Positions 40,005 through 50,581 of a stretch of 64,000 bases of DNA are shown here, one piece after another (position 1 is the first letter of the stretch; every line of letters begins with the position of its first letter). A program made the position numbers and the translations under genes. Where the stretch lies: IMG/VR virus record IMGVR_UViG_3300006931_000029, positions 1 to 64,000 of that record; one strand, given 5' to 3'. The notes beneath the pieces are model-generated. The model worked only from the letters and a program-made list of their open reading frames with translations. It did no database searches and was not told where the DNA came from.

Positions 40005-41129
40005 TTAGAGGAATCTTGATGCCGCTTGGCACACTTCCTCTGGCGTGATTGCACCCAATACCGCGCACTGCTTCCTCACTTCTGTCTCAGGAAGAGGTGG
40101 ACAGTACTTTGGAAAATCGTGCATGGTAGCAAAGCACGGAGAGAACTGACACGCGTTTTGGTGCCAGATCGGCAGGTGGTTTTTGTAGTAAGCAGCTCGG
40201 TTTTTCGGCCGCATCAATCCCCAAAAGCCGATCGACGGCACGTTCAAACAGCCGGCAACGTGAAGCATCATGCTATCGGGACTGACGGACAGGCTCGCCC
40301 TTGCCGCAGTCGCCCAGAGAATCCGAAGTTCAGGGAAGGTCATGACTCGAATGTTTGGCGCAGTCAACTCCTTCGCCAACTTCACCGAGTTTTCCTCTGA
40401 GAAACAATCGTAAATCGCGATCCAAACCGTGTCTTTGAACCGCTCAGCGAGACTCTGCAAAATAGAAACAGACATCTCTGGAAGAAGCGATCGAGTGGGA
40501 CTTGTTGCGGCGAGCTGGTAGATGGCGAACTTCCTGACGTCGCCGATGATTGCGCTTGCCTTGTCCATTTCGCTTTGCGTGAATACAGGTGCGACCTTCT
40601 TCAACGCAGGATCGATCGAATCAGGATCGATGCCGAACCGAATAAGTTCAGCGTCAACAGGGTGTCTTTGATCGGGATGCTCGTCAAAGTTCACCACTGA
40701 GTCCATCAAGATCATGTTTTTCCACATCTCGAGCTGACCCTGAGGAATCGGCATGGTGACGATCGACTTCACCCACGGGAAATTCCACCAGCACATTTCA
40801 AGACCTGGCTCGCAAGCGATGTGAACCTCGAACCCCATCTTGTGCAGAATCTTCGCGCATGGCCACGCCATGATTTGATCGCCGAACCCGCCTGATCCGT
40901 TGAAGTAAAGGACCCGGTCCCCTGGCTTCATGGCATGAACGTGAAACGCAGGAACCCGGTTGGTGTAATCCGTGACCTTGAACAGGAATTTCTGAACGTT
41001 GTCGTAGATTTGCCGGAAATGGGCGTTGCTCAAAACGTATGGCTGGTAGGCCTGAAAGTTCAAGCGGTATTCGCCTGACGACCGCTTGATGCCGAATGAA
41101 ATGGGTTCTTGGAGAGTAAGAAGCTTCAT
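40005..41129 (-). CDS. GT9-like glycosyltransferase (paralogue of 18378..19643)
   Basis: GGFGD, PDS.MLHVAG..VP.IGFWG, same Cys pattern. Confidence 0.82.
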   Translation of the reverse strand: MKLLTLQEPISFGIKRSSGEYRLNFQAYQPYVLSNAHFRQIYDNVQKFLFKVTDYTNRVPAFHVHAMKPGDRVLYFNGSGGFGDQIMAWPCAKILHKMGFEVHIACEPGLEMCWWNFPWVKSIVTMPIPQGQLEMWKNMILMDSVVNFDEHPDQRHPVDAELIRFGIDPDSIDPALKKVAPVFTQSEMDKASAIIGDVRKFAIYQLAATSPTRSLLPEMSVSILQSLAERFKDTVWIAIYDCFSEENSVKLAKELTAPNIRVMTFPELRILWATAARASLSVSPDSMMLHVAGCLNVPSIGFWGLMRPKNRAAYYKNHLPIWHQNACQFSPCFATMHDFPKYCPPLPETEVRKQCAVLGAITPEEVCQAASRFL

Positions 41130-41332
41130 GCTTGGATACCTAGAATGTCCGAACCACGTCGCGTGATTCTGAATGCTAGACCTTTTGCTTCTAGCGCTTT
41201 TGGGTAGGTATCGACCTTCTCGTTTTTCTCGTTGATGATCTCCACGAGACTTCCCAACCTGACAGCATGGCGCAAGGTTCGTTGGTCGATCCTGTCTTCG
41301 TGAATGTTTTTCAGGACTTGAGCGGGTGTCAT
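41126..41332 (-). CDS. Hypothetical protein
   Basis: ATGA overlap with the GT9 start. Confidence 0.5.
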   Translation of the reverse strand: MTPAQVLKNIHEDRIDQRTLRHAVRLGSLVEIINEKNEKVDTYPKALEAKGLAFRITRRGSDILGIQA

Positions 41333-41344
41333 GTATTTAGCCTC

Positions 41345-41740
41345 ATGGAGATTAAAAAGAAGAACGACGACTCCTACGACACCTACACGATGGTCGTAAG
41401 TCACCTCGAGCTCAAGACCTTTGCCGATGCTCTGACGCGCGGCGGTGTCGGTCCTGTCGCCGACGAGATGCGTCGCTCCATCGAGTGGCACATGGACCGT
41501 GTGCCAAAACCTGGTCAGACCAAGGATGAATTTGATGCCGAGAAAGAAGCCCGCAAGGCGATCGGCGAACCGGAAGGCGAAGATGGCGCTGAAGTCGACG
41601 TGAAGATCGATGAACCAGGCGCCAAGCCAGGCGAGGAAATGGTCAACGACGGCGATGCTCCTGCGTCGCCGCCCGCACCAGGACCTGAGCGCACCGACGT
41701 TGACATCGAGGCGGACAAGCTGCTACCTGAGCCAACGTAA
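41345..41740 (+). CDS. Acidic hypothetical protein
   Basis: TATTTA motif just before the ATG. Confidence 0.6.
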   Translation: MEIKKKNDDSYDTYTMVVSHLELKTFADALTRGGVGPVADEMRRSIEWHMDRVPKPGQTKDEFDAEKEARKAIGEPEGEDGAEVDVKIDEPGAKPGEEMVNDGDAPASPPAPGPERTDVDIEADKLLPEPT

Positions 41741-41746
41741 TTTGCC

Positions 41747-42016
41747 GTGGCGGATGCAATCATAACGAAGAGCGTCCAAGAAGCTGCCCCAAACGAAACA
41801 CTGTTCGGAGGAGGACCTACCTCCAAGCGCCCGACAAACCCCGCAAAGTGGTTTCATTACTTTGACACCGACCTTGGATTCACCGTCGTGTGGGATGGAT
41901 TAACTTGGCGAGACGGGGCTCAGGGTCCTCAAGGGGACGCTGCTCAAGGATCGATAGGTAATCAAGGTTTCCGTGGCGTGCAAGGAAGCGCCGGAAACTC
42001 TACCGACGGATTCTAA
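41747..42016 (+). CDS. Small fibre-associated protein
   Basis: GPTS.RP...YFDTDL..V.WDG module plus G-x-Q triplets, paralogous to the next gene. Confidence 0.65.
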   Translation: MADAIITKSVQEAAPNETLFGGGPTSKRPTNPAKWFHYFDTDLGFTVVWDGLTWRDGAQGPQGDAAQGSIGNQGFRGVQGSAGNSTDGF

Positions 42017-42017
42017 C

Positions 42018-42893
42018 ATGGCCACGCCTTCACAAACCAACGTCGCGCTCCTCACACAGGACCCGAACACAAGTAGCAATTCAGCGATCCTGAATCTTGC
42101 TGGCGGTGGTTCGACGTCTCAGCGTCCGACAAATCCTCCGCTGTGGTTCCACTACTATGACCTGGACTTGGGTCGTGACGTCATTTGGAACGGGACAGAC
42201 TGGATTATTACTGTAGGCGGACCTCAAGGATTCCAAGGCGCGCAAGGATCGCAAGGTCCTCAAGGATTTCAGGGCGTGCAAGGGTTTCAAGGTCCGGCAG
42301 GTACAGCCACTCCTATGAACTCAGGTCCCACATCCAGTCGTCCGTCAAGCCCGGGCAACTTCGAACGCTATTTCGACACCGACATCAACGCTCAAATTTG
42401 GTGGGAGCGGAGCGCTTGGCGCACGGTTGAAGGTACTCCTGGCGACGTGAAGTTCGTGCTGAGTGCAAACACTGGAGATGCAATAACTCGCAACCCAGGT
42501 TGGTCCCTTTTGCCAGACGGTTACTACGGCCGGTCGCCGATGTTCGCTGGCGCTGGACCCGGCTTGACAACGAGAGCTCCTGGCGATTCGATCGGAGCCG
42601 AAAGTCACGTGTTGGTCGCCGGAGAGATGCGCAAACACTGTCACGTTTTCGGTCGGGCGATTGTCAACAACAACGACGACTTCTGCTTCCGCATCGGCTC
42701 TGGTCCTACGTTCGGTTCCGGTCAAGCGAGAGAAAGCGATGGCGAAAAGAACGCCGGTGTTTACCGCGATCTCTCTTCGCTTCTCGGCGATTACTTCATG
42801 ACGAATCCGGCTGAAGATACCAGCTCGGCTGCGTCTGACGGTCACAACACGATCCACCCATCGATCGTGATGATTGGCATCAAGAAAGACTGA
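42018..42893 (+). CDS. Collagen-repeat tail fibre with tail-collar-like C-terminus
   Basis: (G-x-Q)n; PGDVK, PGW, G.E.H.L..EM..H.H, HNTI.P. Confidence 0.78.
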   Translation: MATPSQTNVALLTQDPNTSSNSAILNLAGGGSTSQRPTNPPLWFHYYDLDLGRDVIWNGTDWIITVGGPQGFQGAQGSQGPQGFQGVQGFQGPAGTATPMNSGPTSSRPSSPGNFERYFDTDINAQIWWERSAWRTVEGTPGDVKFVLSANTGDAITRNPGWSLLPDGYYGRSPMFAGAGPGLTTRAPGDSIGAESHVLVAGEMRKHCHVFGRAIVNNNDDFCFRIGSGPTFGSGQARESDGEKNAGVYRDLSSLLGDYFMTNPAEDTSSAASDGHNTIHPSIVMIGIKKD

Positions 42894-44513
42894 TCAGGTC
42901 GGCCACATCTTCGTGCCGATCGCAGTGATCTGAACTTGGACTGGAACGTCCGAGTTGCTGATGACAGTGAACGAACTCGTGTCGATCGACTTCACTTCCA
43001 CCGACGGCGTCGTCGTACCTTGAATCGTTCCGTGCTTCTCGATTAGCACCTCGACGTCTTCGCCATTCCATTCACGAAGAGAACCGTCAGCAGGACCAGC
43101 TGGCAAACCAACGATCAGCTCACCTTTGAAGATGGCGCGTTTCGTTCCGCGGAGCGTGCTGACGCCGTTGTAGCTGAAACCGGTAAGATTGCCGTAGGAC
43201 GACGACTCGTTCCAATTCATCGCCGGATAGTTCGATCCTGAAGCGATCGATCCGTACATTGTAGTTGGCGTGCCGGCAACGTAGTCGGCTCCTGTTACGA
43301 GGGCAGAGCGTGCAGTTTTGACGTCGAAGAAAGTGCCGCTACCTGGAGCGAGAAGTTTCTGCCATGGAGCCCCTGGAGGAGGATTGCCAGGACCCGTGTT
43401 TGCGGCAGCGGCGTACGTGATTGCCGTTGTGCCATCGGTGATGGTAACGACGTCGTTCGTGAAATATGCCTGGAACTCTGAGTAAATTCCTGCGAGATTG
43501 AACCCGACGCCGAATTGACCTTGATTTCCTTGCGAACCTTGCGAGCCTTGGAAACCCGTCGTTCCTTGGGCGCCTTGGTTACCCTGCGTTCCCGTCGGTC
43601 CGATGTTTCCTTGGAATCCTTGAAAGCCTTGAACGCCGGTACCACCTGCAGCGCCTTGAGACCCTTGGACACCTTGCGAGCCTTGGCTACCAAGCGCTGC
43701 CACCAAGTCCCACACTCCTGAGATGTCAAACGGCGAAGCAGGCGGAGCGACGTTTGTGTTTGGAGAACGGGCGAACCAGGTGCTTCCACCATACTGGACT
43801 TCGTCGCGGGTAGCGTATCCGGTCACTGACGACCACGATCCACGCCACGTCATTCCAATCGGACCCGCGGGACCTGGCAAACCGGGATTTCCTTGGTCGC
43901 CCTTGTCGCCCTTGTCGCCCTTGTCGCCACGAGGACCGACAGCACCGGGTCCGATGATGCCGCCTTTCTGGGCTGCAACTGGCCGCATTGTGAGCATGAC
44001 AGACGCGGTTGCAGTCGACGTCCTGCCACTGACATTCAATAGCTGAATGACGAACTCACCTGTGCCGTAGAATGACGATCCGGCAGTGGACTCGTCAAAA
44101 GTCGTGATCGGCTGTGTTGAGAAGGTTGTGAGTCCGTACTGGTTAGCGTTGTAGCCGATCGTCAGTTGGATTGCTCCGGAAGGGGACGAAGAAATCTTCG
44201 CGTTAAGAATACGCGCCTCGAAGCCGGGTGGAATGCGATAGTTCGAGATGATCTGCGACGCGCCACCGGGAAGCGTGGTGACCGGCAGCGGAAGATTGAT
44301 GAACTGGTCTTTATTGTTAACGACCTCGACGAGCTCGTTGACCTTCTCGGCTAAGATGACGTCGCGATAGGCAAGTTGCCTTGTCGGACCTGATAGCGAA
44401 TCGCCCTCAATAGCGTCAGCGATCGACGAGACGTGTTTAACGTCACCGCCTGCAAAGTTTTGAGCAGCAGACTGAGGGATCGAAATCGGCTGGATTAGGA
44501 AGATTCCCGACAT
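42894..44513 (-). CDS. Collagen-repeat fibre protein
   Basis: GDKGDKGDKG and (G-x-Q)n blocks separated by WRGSW...Y...D.V modules. Confidence 0.78.
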   Translation of the reverse strand: MSGIFLIQPISIPQSAAQNFAGGDVKHVSSIADAIEGDSLSGPTRQLAYRDVILAEKVNELVEVVNNKDQFINLPLPVTTLPGGASQIISNYRIPPGFEARILNAKISSSPSGAIQLTIGYNANQYGLTTFSTQPITTFDESTAGSSFYGTGEFVIQLLNVSGRTSTATASVMLTMRPVAAQKGGIIGPGAVGPRGDKGDKGDKGDQGNPGLPGPAGPIGMTWRGSWSSVTGYATRDEVQYGGSTWFARSPNTNVAPPASPFDISGVWDLVAALGSQGSQGVQGSQGAAGGTGVQGFQGFQGNIGPTGTQGNQGAQGTTGFQGSQGSQGNQGQFGVGFNLAGIYSEFQAYFTNDVVTITDGTTAITYAAAANTGPGNPPPGAPWQKLLAPGSGTFFDVKTARSALVTGADYVAGTPTTMYGSIASGSNYPAMNWNESSSYGNLTGFSYNGVSTLRGTKRAIFKGELIVGLPAGPADGSLREWNGEDVEVLIEKHGTIQGTTTPSVEVKSIDTSSFTVISNSDVPVQVQITAIGTKMWPT

Positions 44514-44550
44514 GTCCTAATTACAGCGACGCCGGGACGACGCCATTCCT

Positions 44551-44883
44551 CTAGTCAAGCTTCCATGCAAGCGTTTTGTTGGCCATGAAACTCTTGAAGA
44601 GGATGAACTTGTATTTGATCCGACTTCCGAGGTAGTACGTCCTCGGCACTTTCTCAACTTCGTTACCAGCTAGCCGCTTGAATCCCATTTGCTGGATTCG
44701 AGGACCATACTTCACCGGCGAAATAGCTCCAACCCTTGACAGTTGAATCTTGCTTCCTGCACAGATGCCATCTTCGATCGTCTTGATGAAGCTGTCGTAG
44801 GCCGACGCCGCTTGAACGTACGTGAGGCCTTGGGTTTGGACTAGATTTCGAAGAAAATCGGCGCGTGTTACGCAGTCGCTCAT
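44551..44883 (-). CDS. HU/IHF-like DNA-binding protein
   Basis: Helix-helix, G.KIQL..VG, beta-arm, KF..FKS. Confidence 0.7.
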   Translation of the reverse strand: MSDCVTRADFLRNLVQTQGLTYVQAASAYDSFIKTIEDGICAGSKIQLSRVGAISPVKYGPRIQQMGFKRLAGNEVEKVPRTYYLGSRIKYKFILFKSFMANKTLAWKLD

Positions 44884-45617
44884 GAATTGACAAACGTGGT
44901 GGACACCACGAACTGGCGTTGATCGAGTTTGGAAGCCAGACTCACGTTGATCCTTACCTGTTTTTCTCCGATGTGGCTCAGACTGACGGAAGTCACAGCT
45001 AACCTTGGCTCATGTATTGAGAACGCCCTAATGACTTCTTGCGAAACATCGTCTTGAAGCGAAGGTGTCGACGGCGAAAAAATGATGAGTGGCAGCTTAG
45101 TGCCATACTCAAGTTGCATCAATCTTTCACCAACTGTCGTGACCAAAAGCATCCTGGCTGACGACTCCAACAGGACAGAATCTTGCGAAGACTGGAATGC
45201 CCACTCGCTTTGGTTTGGAAATCCTTCGTCTCTTGGCAAGATCGGGCCGTAAATGATCGGTTGAAGGCCCTGTTCGATGAGCGAAGGGACTCGAGGATTT
45301 GGACTCGCGACTCTAACGTCGTGAGAATCCACAGCGATGTCCGCCAGAGGCACCTGGTAATTCTTACCGGTGACCTTGAGAATGTAATTTCCAGGTGTGT
45401 ACGTGTGCTCGAACGTCGCTGAGTACGGCGATGGAGACCGCACGACCGTTTCATTCTGCGAACCATCACCCCACTCGACCACCACGCCGACCGGTTTGTA
45501 GACGACGAACGGGCGCGTATCGATCAACGAAACGGTGAGCGTGACAGACGCTACGCGACCGGTGGTCTTTGTGACGTAGCTCTGCGTGATCGACGTCGAT
45601 AGCGTAAGGTTAGGCAT
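44880..45617 (-). CDS. PKD domain plus gp25-like baseplate protein
   Basis: WGDG..HTY; LL.T..GERLM..EYGT.L, EPRL. Confidence 0.82.
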   Translation of the reverse strand: MPNLTLSTSITQSYVTKTTGRVASVTLTVSLIDTRPFVVYKPVGVVVEWGDGSQNETVVRSPSPYSATFEHTYTPGNYILKVTGKNYQVPLADIAVDSHDVRVASPNPRVPSLIEQGLQPIIYGPILPRDEGFPNQSEWAFQSSQDSVLLESSARMLLVTTVGERLMQLEYGTKLPLIIFSPSTPSLQDDVSQEVIRAFSIHEPRLAVTSVSLSHIGEKQVRINVSLASKLDQRQFVVSTTFVNS

Positions 45618-47448
45618 TTGAGCCAGCGCCAAAGTTGTAGCGGCGGTAGCCAGGAGCGCCTGACGCAGGAACCTTGCGGCCCTCTTCCACCGGACCAAAC
45701 GACGAAACAATGACGTCGTTCGGCTTGATCATCGATTGAGGATTGCGGAGAACGTTCTCGGTCGTGTAACGGAGCTCGCCTGGTTTGCGATCGGGCATCT
45801 TTCCGTCTGAAAGGTCCTGCAGTTCGTTGAGCATTCTCTTAGCACGAGGATGTCCGTCAAGTCGCATCTTCACTTCGTTCAACATGGCCATCGTAGACAT
45901 GGATTTCTTCTTGCTTTCCATCGGCTGTGGCTCGGCTTCTTTCGGCAACGCCGTGACGAACGCGTTAACGATGTCATCCGGCAAATGCATGTACTTTTTG
46001 AAGATAACCTCAACCCACGCTTCGCGAGGAAGAGCGTAGGTCTCCATCACGTCGCCGAGCACTTGAAGCACCTCGGCTTGCGCCTTCAGTGTTTCTAGTT
46101 TGATTTGTTCGTCGAGTTGGCCAATCTCCGACATCTTCGTGCGGACGTTGATGTTGTTGATGTCTTTGCCTTTCAGGAGAAGGTGGAAGTAACCCATCCA
46201 GCGGTAGCCCTGGGTGATTGGCCGGCGTAGCGCCTTGATTTTGCGCAAGAATCTGATGTCCTGGGCGAGCAACGCTTTACCACTGGCCATCGTGTTTTGA
46301 CTGCCTTTGTCGCCGATTCCCAACCATTCCTTCGGCATACCGATAACCGAGAAAAAGAGGTTGGTGAGCATCTCGACGTCGTAGATGTCAGGAACTGATG
46401 GTGTACCGGCAAGTTTCTCGATGGCGTGCGTGAAACCTTTCGGACGCGCAACCCAAAGGACCGAATCAAGACCGAGAGCGTTGTAGAACGACTTGAAATC
46501 GGTTGGGTCTGACATTCCCGCGCCACCACCCGAGCCACCGGAGCCGAACGAAAGCTTTGCCCGCATCGACTGCTTCCAGCGCTGAAGAGTCCGCATTTGC
46601 TCTGCAGGAGGTTGCTCGCCAGTGTCGACGTTGACGACGTACCGGTCCGGTTGAACCTGTGCCCGGTGGACAACCATCTGGTCCAAGGCGATGCGCATCT
46701 TCTTGTAGATCGACTGTGCCTCGTCGAAGATCGGCTCACCGTGTTCGGATTCTCGCATGCGGTACATGCGACGAAAATGCATGAAGTCCCACGGATACCA
46801 GAGTTTGTCCGTTGACTGTCCGACGTCGACACGCTCAATTTTTTGCTGCTGGTTGATCAGCCAGAAATTCTCCTTGTCGGGAGCCTTACCTTTCTCCCAT
46901 CGGAAGCCGACGCATTGACGATTTTTCTGAAGCCAGTAACGACGAATGTCCTGCGGATCAACAAAAGACATGCCGGTCACGCCGTCGCCTCTGGAGTATT
47001 CCAGCTTCTCGAATGCGTTACCCATCGCCGAGAGGAACCAAAACTGGTTAGGAAGAATTTCCTCGATGTTGAGGTTTTCCAACATCGAGTTCAACTCTTC
47101 CTCGATCTTTGGGTCGTCGCACTCGTACCAAATCGAACCTGGATTTAGCTCGTCCCGTTGGATAGCTTCATCGACGACTTGGACAAGGGCAGCTGCGAGC
47201 AGGTCCCATCCAGCCATCTCTCTCCAGGTCTGGAGCATGGCCGAGTAGGTCGTCGGCCTGGTCATCGCCGTGGCGTAATTCGACCAGATTTCCGAATTCG
47301 TTACCTGACCCAGGTCCGTAAACTGGGTCATCGCCAGGTTGTCGGCCGGATTGGGAATTCTTGGAGCGATGCTGCTCGTAGGTAGCGGGGTGCCGGTCAA
47401 ACCCATGAAGTTCAACACACCACCAGCAATAGAATCACGTGTAGCCAT
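45610..47448 (-). CDS. Portal protein, T4 gp20-like
   Basis: HFR..., MVVHR....PDRYV.NVDTG..P, IEKLAG, D...L...FF...MP, DIRF...I..LR. Confidence 0.88.
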   Translation of the reverse strand: MATRDSIAGGVLNFMGLTGTPLPTSSIAPRIPNPADNLAMTQFTDLGQVTNSEIWSNYATAMTRPTTYSAMLQTWREMAGWDLLAAALVQVVDEAIQRDELNPGSIWYECDDPKIEEELNSMLENLNIEEILPNQFWFLSAMGNAFEKLEYSRGDGVTGMSFVDPQDIRRYWLQKNRQCVGFRWEKGKAPDKENFWLINQQQKIERVDVGQSTDKLWYPWDFMHFRRMYRMRESEHGEPIFDEAQSIYKKMRIALDQMVVHRAQVQPDRYVVNVDTGEQPPAEQMRTLQRWKQSMRAKLSFGSGGSGGGAGMSDPTDFKSFYNALGLDSVLWVARPKGFTHAIEKLAGTPSVPDIYDVEMLTNLFFSVIGMPKEWLGIGDKGSQNTMASGKALLAQDIRFLRKIKALRRPITQGYRWMGYFHLLLKGKDINNINVRTKMSEIGQLDEQIKLETLKAQAEVLQVLGDVMETYALPREAWVEVIFKKYMHLPDDIVNAFVTALPKEAEPQPMESKKKSMSTMAMLNEVKMRLDGHPRAKRMLNELQDLSDGKMPDRKPGELRYTTENVLRNPQSMIKPNDVIVSSFGPVEEGRKVPASGAPGYRRYNFGAGSNA

Positions 47449-47512
47449 TTTCTTCTGGTTTCAGTTTTGACCGTTGTTTACAAAATGCAAAAATCTTGTT
47501 CTGTATACTGAC

Positions 47513-47731
47513 ATGCCTAAGGACAACAAAACTAGCCTCGTTGTATTCCGACTACCCGAGAGCCTCGAAGGAAAACTCAACAAAGAGTTCAAGGAGCGAA
47601 GAGTGCTCGACGTAAAGTCGACGCACCAATATGCACGGAAGATCGTCACTGACTATCTATCGGGGCGCCTGATCTATGTCGACGCCGCTTCGGTAGACGG
47701 TAACGTCCTCCTGCAGACTAGGTCGGCGTAA
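47513..47731 (+). CDS. Small ribbon-helix-helix-like DNA-binding protein
   Basis: VVFRLP..L...L followed by two helices. Confidence 0.5.
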   Translation: MPKDNKTSLVVFRLPESLEGKLNKEFKERRVLDVKSTHQYARKIVTDYLSGRLIYVDAASVDGNVLLQTRSA

Positions 47732-48026
47732 CGGCCGAACATTCTCCGGACTTCAAGTCGACCTTGAAGTTCACTTCGGCGTCGAAAAAACGAGGGTTCT
47801 CGTGGTCTTTGACGCGAGTTCTGCACTGGCACAAAGCGTGAGTTTCAGTAACTCCGGTGACGTGCACCAGATCGATCCCTGGCCTCTCAGGAAGTGTTGA
47901 TAGAAAGTCGTCTATCCGATCTTTGAAAGGCCCGGTCTTGAGCTCAGTCTCGACAATTGAAGCGAGCGGGTGAATCGGTGGAGGCGTCTCAACAAACGCT
48001 CCAATCAACTTCTTCACCAGGTTCAC
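47718..48026 (-). CDS. Hypothetical protein
   Basis: GTGA overlap. Confidence 0.5.
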   Translation of the reverse strand: MNLVKKLIGAFVETPPPIHPLASIVETELKTGPFKDRIDDFLSTLPERPGIDLVHVTGVTETHALCQCRTRVKDHENPRFFDAEVNFKVDLKSGECSAVTPT

Positions 48027-48358
48027 AGTTCCTCCAGCGCGGCTTTTTGCGGTTTGCACCGGAAGCCGTGGTAAATGTGGTTGGATTCCTCGTTACGGAA
48101 TGTGAACACCTTCACTTCTTCCGCTCCGATCAACTGAATCACTTTGTCGATGATCTCCGGCGGCAGTTCGTTGAAGACCAGTTCGATCTCGTCATCCTCG
48201 TTGATTTTTGCGTCGAACAGATAAACCATCAGAGACGTCGACGAGTAGATGCGAATCAGCAACCTGTCAAGATAGCTCTCGAGTTCTGAGCCAGAACCTT
48301 CCTTGTTAGTCCTGGTCCGAAAGAGAAGCTTGAGGACTTTGTCTTGAGACGGTTGCAC
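48023..48358 (-). CDS. Hypothetical protein
   Basis: TAATTA upstream. Confidence 0.55.
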   Translation of the reverse strand: MQPSQDKVLKLLFRTRTNKEGSGSELESYLDRLLIRIYSSTSLMVYLFDAKINEDDEIELVFNELPPEIIDKVIQLIGAEEVKVFTFRNEESNHIYHGFRCKPQKAALEEL

Positions 48359-48613
48359 AAGGCTAATTATCGCCCATGGCCAAGGCCACGGAGACGAAGT
48401 ATCTCAGCCAGCAGAGTCCAGCACGAGCCTGAGGAATTACGCCCAGTCCATTGCCCTGAATCTGCACGCGGCAGATTCGTCTCCGGCCATTCCACAGTTG
48501 GTAGTCAAACTTTTTCACAGTCTAAATTTGATCGGGTTGTTGTTTGCAAAGAACGCTCCGTCACGTGCTCACAGGAAGATTGCAGATGAATTCCGCAGTT
48601 CTTGCTGTTTACC

Positions 48614-49123
48614 ATGCCCGAACTGTGGAACACCTTCAAGGAACCCCGCCCCTACGTCACCGTCTCTGGCATTGCCATTGACGACCAAGGCCGTTTTCCT
48701 CTTATCCATCGATCTGAAAACGTCCGCTCGGCTCGCAACTGTTGGAGTCTTCCTTCAGGTTTGCACGAGGTCGGCCTCACCTTGCGAGAACAGTTCGCAA
48801 CCGAGCTGAAAGAGGAGATGGGATTAGATGCGATCCCGGAAAAATCCTCCCTAGTTGGAGCCTATGAAAACATCCGACCTGACGGTCCCGACGTCTTGGG
48901 ATGGCACTGGGTCATCTTCGTCTTGGTAATGCGAGTGAAGACTCTCGATACTCTGGTGAATTCGGAACCAGAGAAACACGACAAGATCGACATCGTGAAT
49001 TTTCGTGGTCCTTGGTTTAACGGCCGAACATGGGCACCGAAGTTGGAAGATTTTCTGCGTGGGCACCACACTCTTCTACAAGGCCAGTGCGAAATGATTT
49101 CGAAAGCGACGATTAACTGGTAA
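48614..49123 (+). CDS. Nudix hydrolase
   Basis: WSLPSG.HE.G.......ELKEEMG Nudix box. Confidence 0.85.
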   Translation: MPELWNTFKEPRPYVTVSGIAIDDQGRFPLIHRSENVRSARNCWSLPSGLHEVGLTLREQFATELKEEMGLDAIPEKSSLVGAYENIRPDGPDVLGWHWVIFVLVMRVKTLDTLVNSEPEKHDKIDIVNFRGPWFNGRTWAPKLEDFLRGHHTLLQGQCEMISKATINW

Positions 49124-50154
49124 TGCGTCTCCTCGTCTACACTGACCTTCAGGCGACTGAAGGAACTGAACGCTGCTTCACAGACCCGTCGCTTCCTCTG
49201 CAACGGTACCGGGTCAAGCGTTTTTACGAAATCCTAGCAAAGGTTTATCACGACGAGCAATGCGATGGCGTTATCGACCTCGGGGACACCACAGACGATC
49301 GATCCTTCATTCCCAGAGCCACGCTGGACACTATGCTTGGTGGATTGTCACAATTCGCCCCAAACTCGCTTGGTGTCAAACTGACCGGCAACCATGAGCA
49401 GCTCCTCAAATACGCGGACGTCAACTCGAAGTTTTTGTTTCAACCGTACTTTGGCGCCATCGACCCAGAGACGTTGAACGTGGACGAAGGCGTGGACGCT
49501 GTTTGCCACGCTTACCACGACAACTACGACGAAGTCAACGCTGCGATTGAAGGTCGGCTGAACCGGTTGAAACCAGGGTCTGTCAAGGTGCTACTTGCTC
49601 ACGGTGATGTCTGTGGTGTTCGCTACGATTCTGGAGAGGCGTGCAAGAAGGGCATTGATCCAAAACTGGTAGATCGGTTTGACCTTGCTCTTTTCGGTCA
49701 CGTTCATCGCCATCAGAAATTTGGCAAGAACGCGTTCTACGTTGGTTCGCCGTTTCAGCAAGACTTCGGCGAAGCGGCGCAGCGGAAGTTCGTCCTGATT
49801 CTCGAGACGCCTTCCATGGAGTTGAAATGGATTCCGATTGAAGGAATGCCGGAGTACCGAGTCGTGAATCTTGAGGATTTCTTTGCAAAAGCAAATCCGG
49901 CCGAAGAGCATCGCTACTGGGTCACGCTAAACTCCATCGAAGAAACCGAGAGATTCTACGCCGATCCACGCTCAATTCTCGGATCGGCAAAGTTAACCTA
50001 CACGGCGCAGCTCGGAGAAGCGACTAAGGCGGAAGCCGAACTACTGAGCGACCGTCAGCTTCTTGAACGCTATGCGTCTACTCGTCCGATTTCTGGCGTT
50101 CCGGAGGACGTGGCTCGAGAATTGGTAGAGATTGGGGAAATGTTGTTGGCATAG
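49123..50154 (+). CDS. Mre11/SbcD/T4 gp47-like nuclease
   Basis: TDLQ, LGD, GNHE, AH, GHVH, YVGSP.Q.DFGE. Confidence 0.88.
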   Translation: MRLLVYTDLQATEGTERCFTDPSLPLQRYRVKRFYEILAKVYHDEQCDGVIDLGDTTDDRSFIPRATLDTMLGGLSQFAPNSLGVKLTGNHEQLLKYADVNSKFLFQPYFGAIDPETLNVDEGVDAVCHAYHDNYDEVNAAIEGRLNRLKPGSVKVLLAHGDVCGVRYDSGEACKKGIDPKLVDRFDLALFGHVHRHQKFGKNAFYVGSPFQQDFGEAAQRKFVLILETPSMELKWIPIEGMPEYRVVNLEDFFAKANPAEEHRYWVTLNSIEETERFYADPRSILGSAKLTYTAQLGEATKAEAELLSDRQLLERYASTRPISGVPEDVARELVEIGEMLLA

Positions 50155-50581
50155 GAATCGAACCAGAGCTCTTGTCCTTCAGCGACTTGACCAGGTCTTT
50201 CACGGTGTATTTGAAGTCGGTGGGTCCTGCTAGGACAACCGATCTCGCCAACTTTTCTTTCTCAGCGGAAATTGCTTCACTGCTTGCCGCAATCTCGGCC
50301 ATGTGGTCCGTGAAGGTTTGACCTAGCTCTCCGAACGGATTTTCGTCGTCGAATGGCACAATCTCCAGACTTTTGGCTTCTTCCATCGAATAAGTCTTGA
50401 ACGAGCCTAGACTTTTGCTCGTGTCGATGGTCACTTTTTTGCCGTCAATTTCCACTTCGTGGAAGCCTGTGACAGAATTAGGATGACGATTGGCTATGAC
50501 GCCAAGCACGGCGTTCTCTGCCATGCGATCAAAGCGGTATGGATTGCCCGAGATAGAGTTGTCGGCAGATGGAATTTCCAT
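50078..50581 (-). CDS. Hypothetical protein
   Basis: 167-aa ORF with a GTTCTT motif upstream. Confidence 0.6.
   Translation of the reverse strand: MEIPSADNSISGNPYRFDRMAENAVLGVIANRHPNSVTGFHEVEIDGKKVTIDTSKSLGSFKTYSMEEAKSLEIVPFDDENPFGELGQTFTDHMAEIAASSEAISAEKEKLARSVVLAGPTDFKYTVKDLVKSLKDKSSGSIPMPTTFPQSLPILEPRPPERQKSDE

Noticed and set aside
41915-43930. 9-bp periodic repeats as DNA repeats or a DGR
   Set aside because: Explained by collagen-like G-x-Q/G-D-K codons; no reverse transcriptase or template/variable repeat pair.
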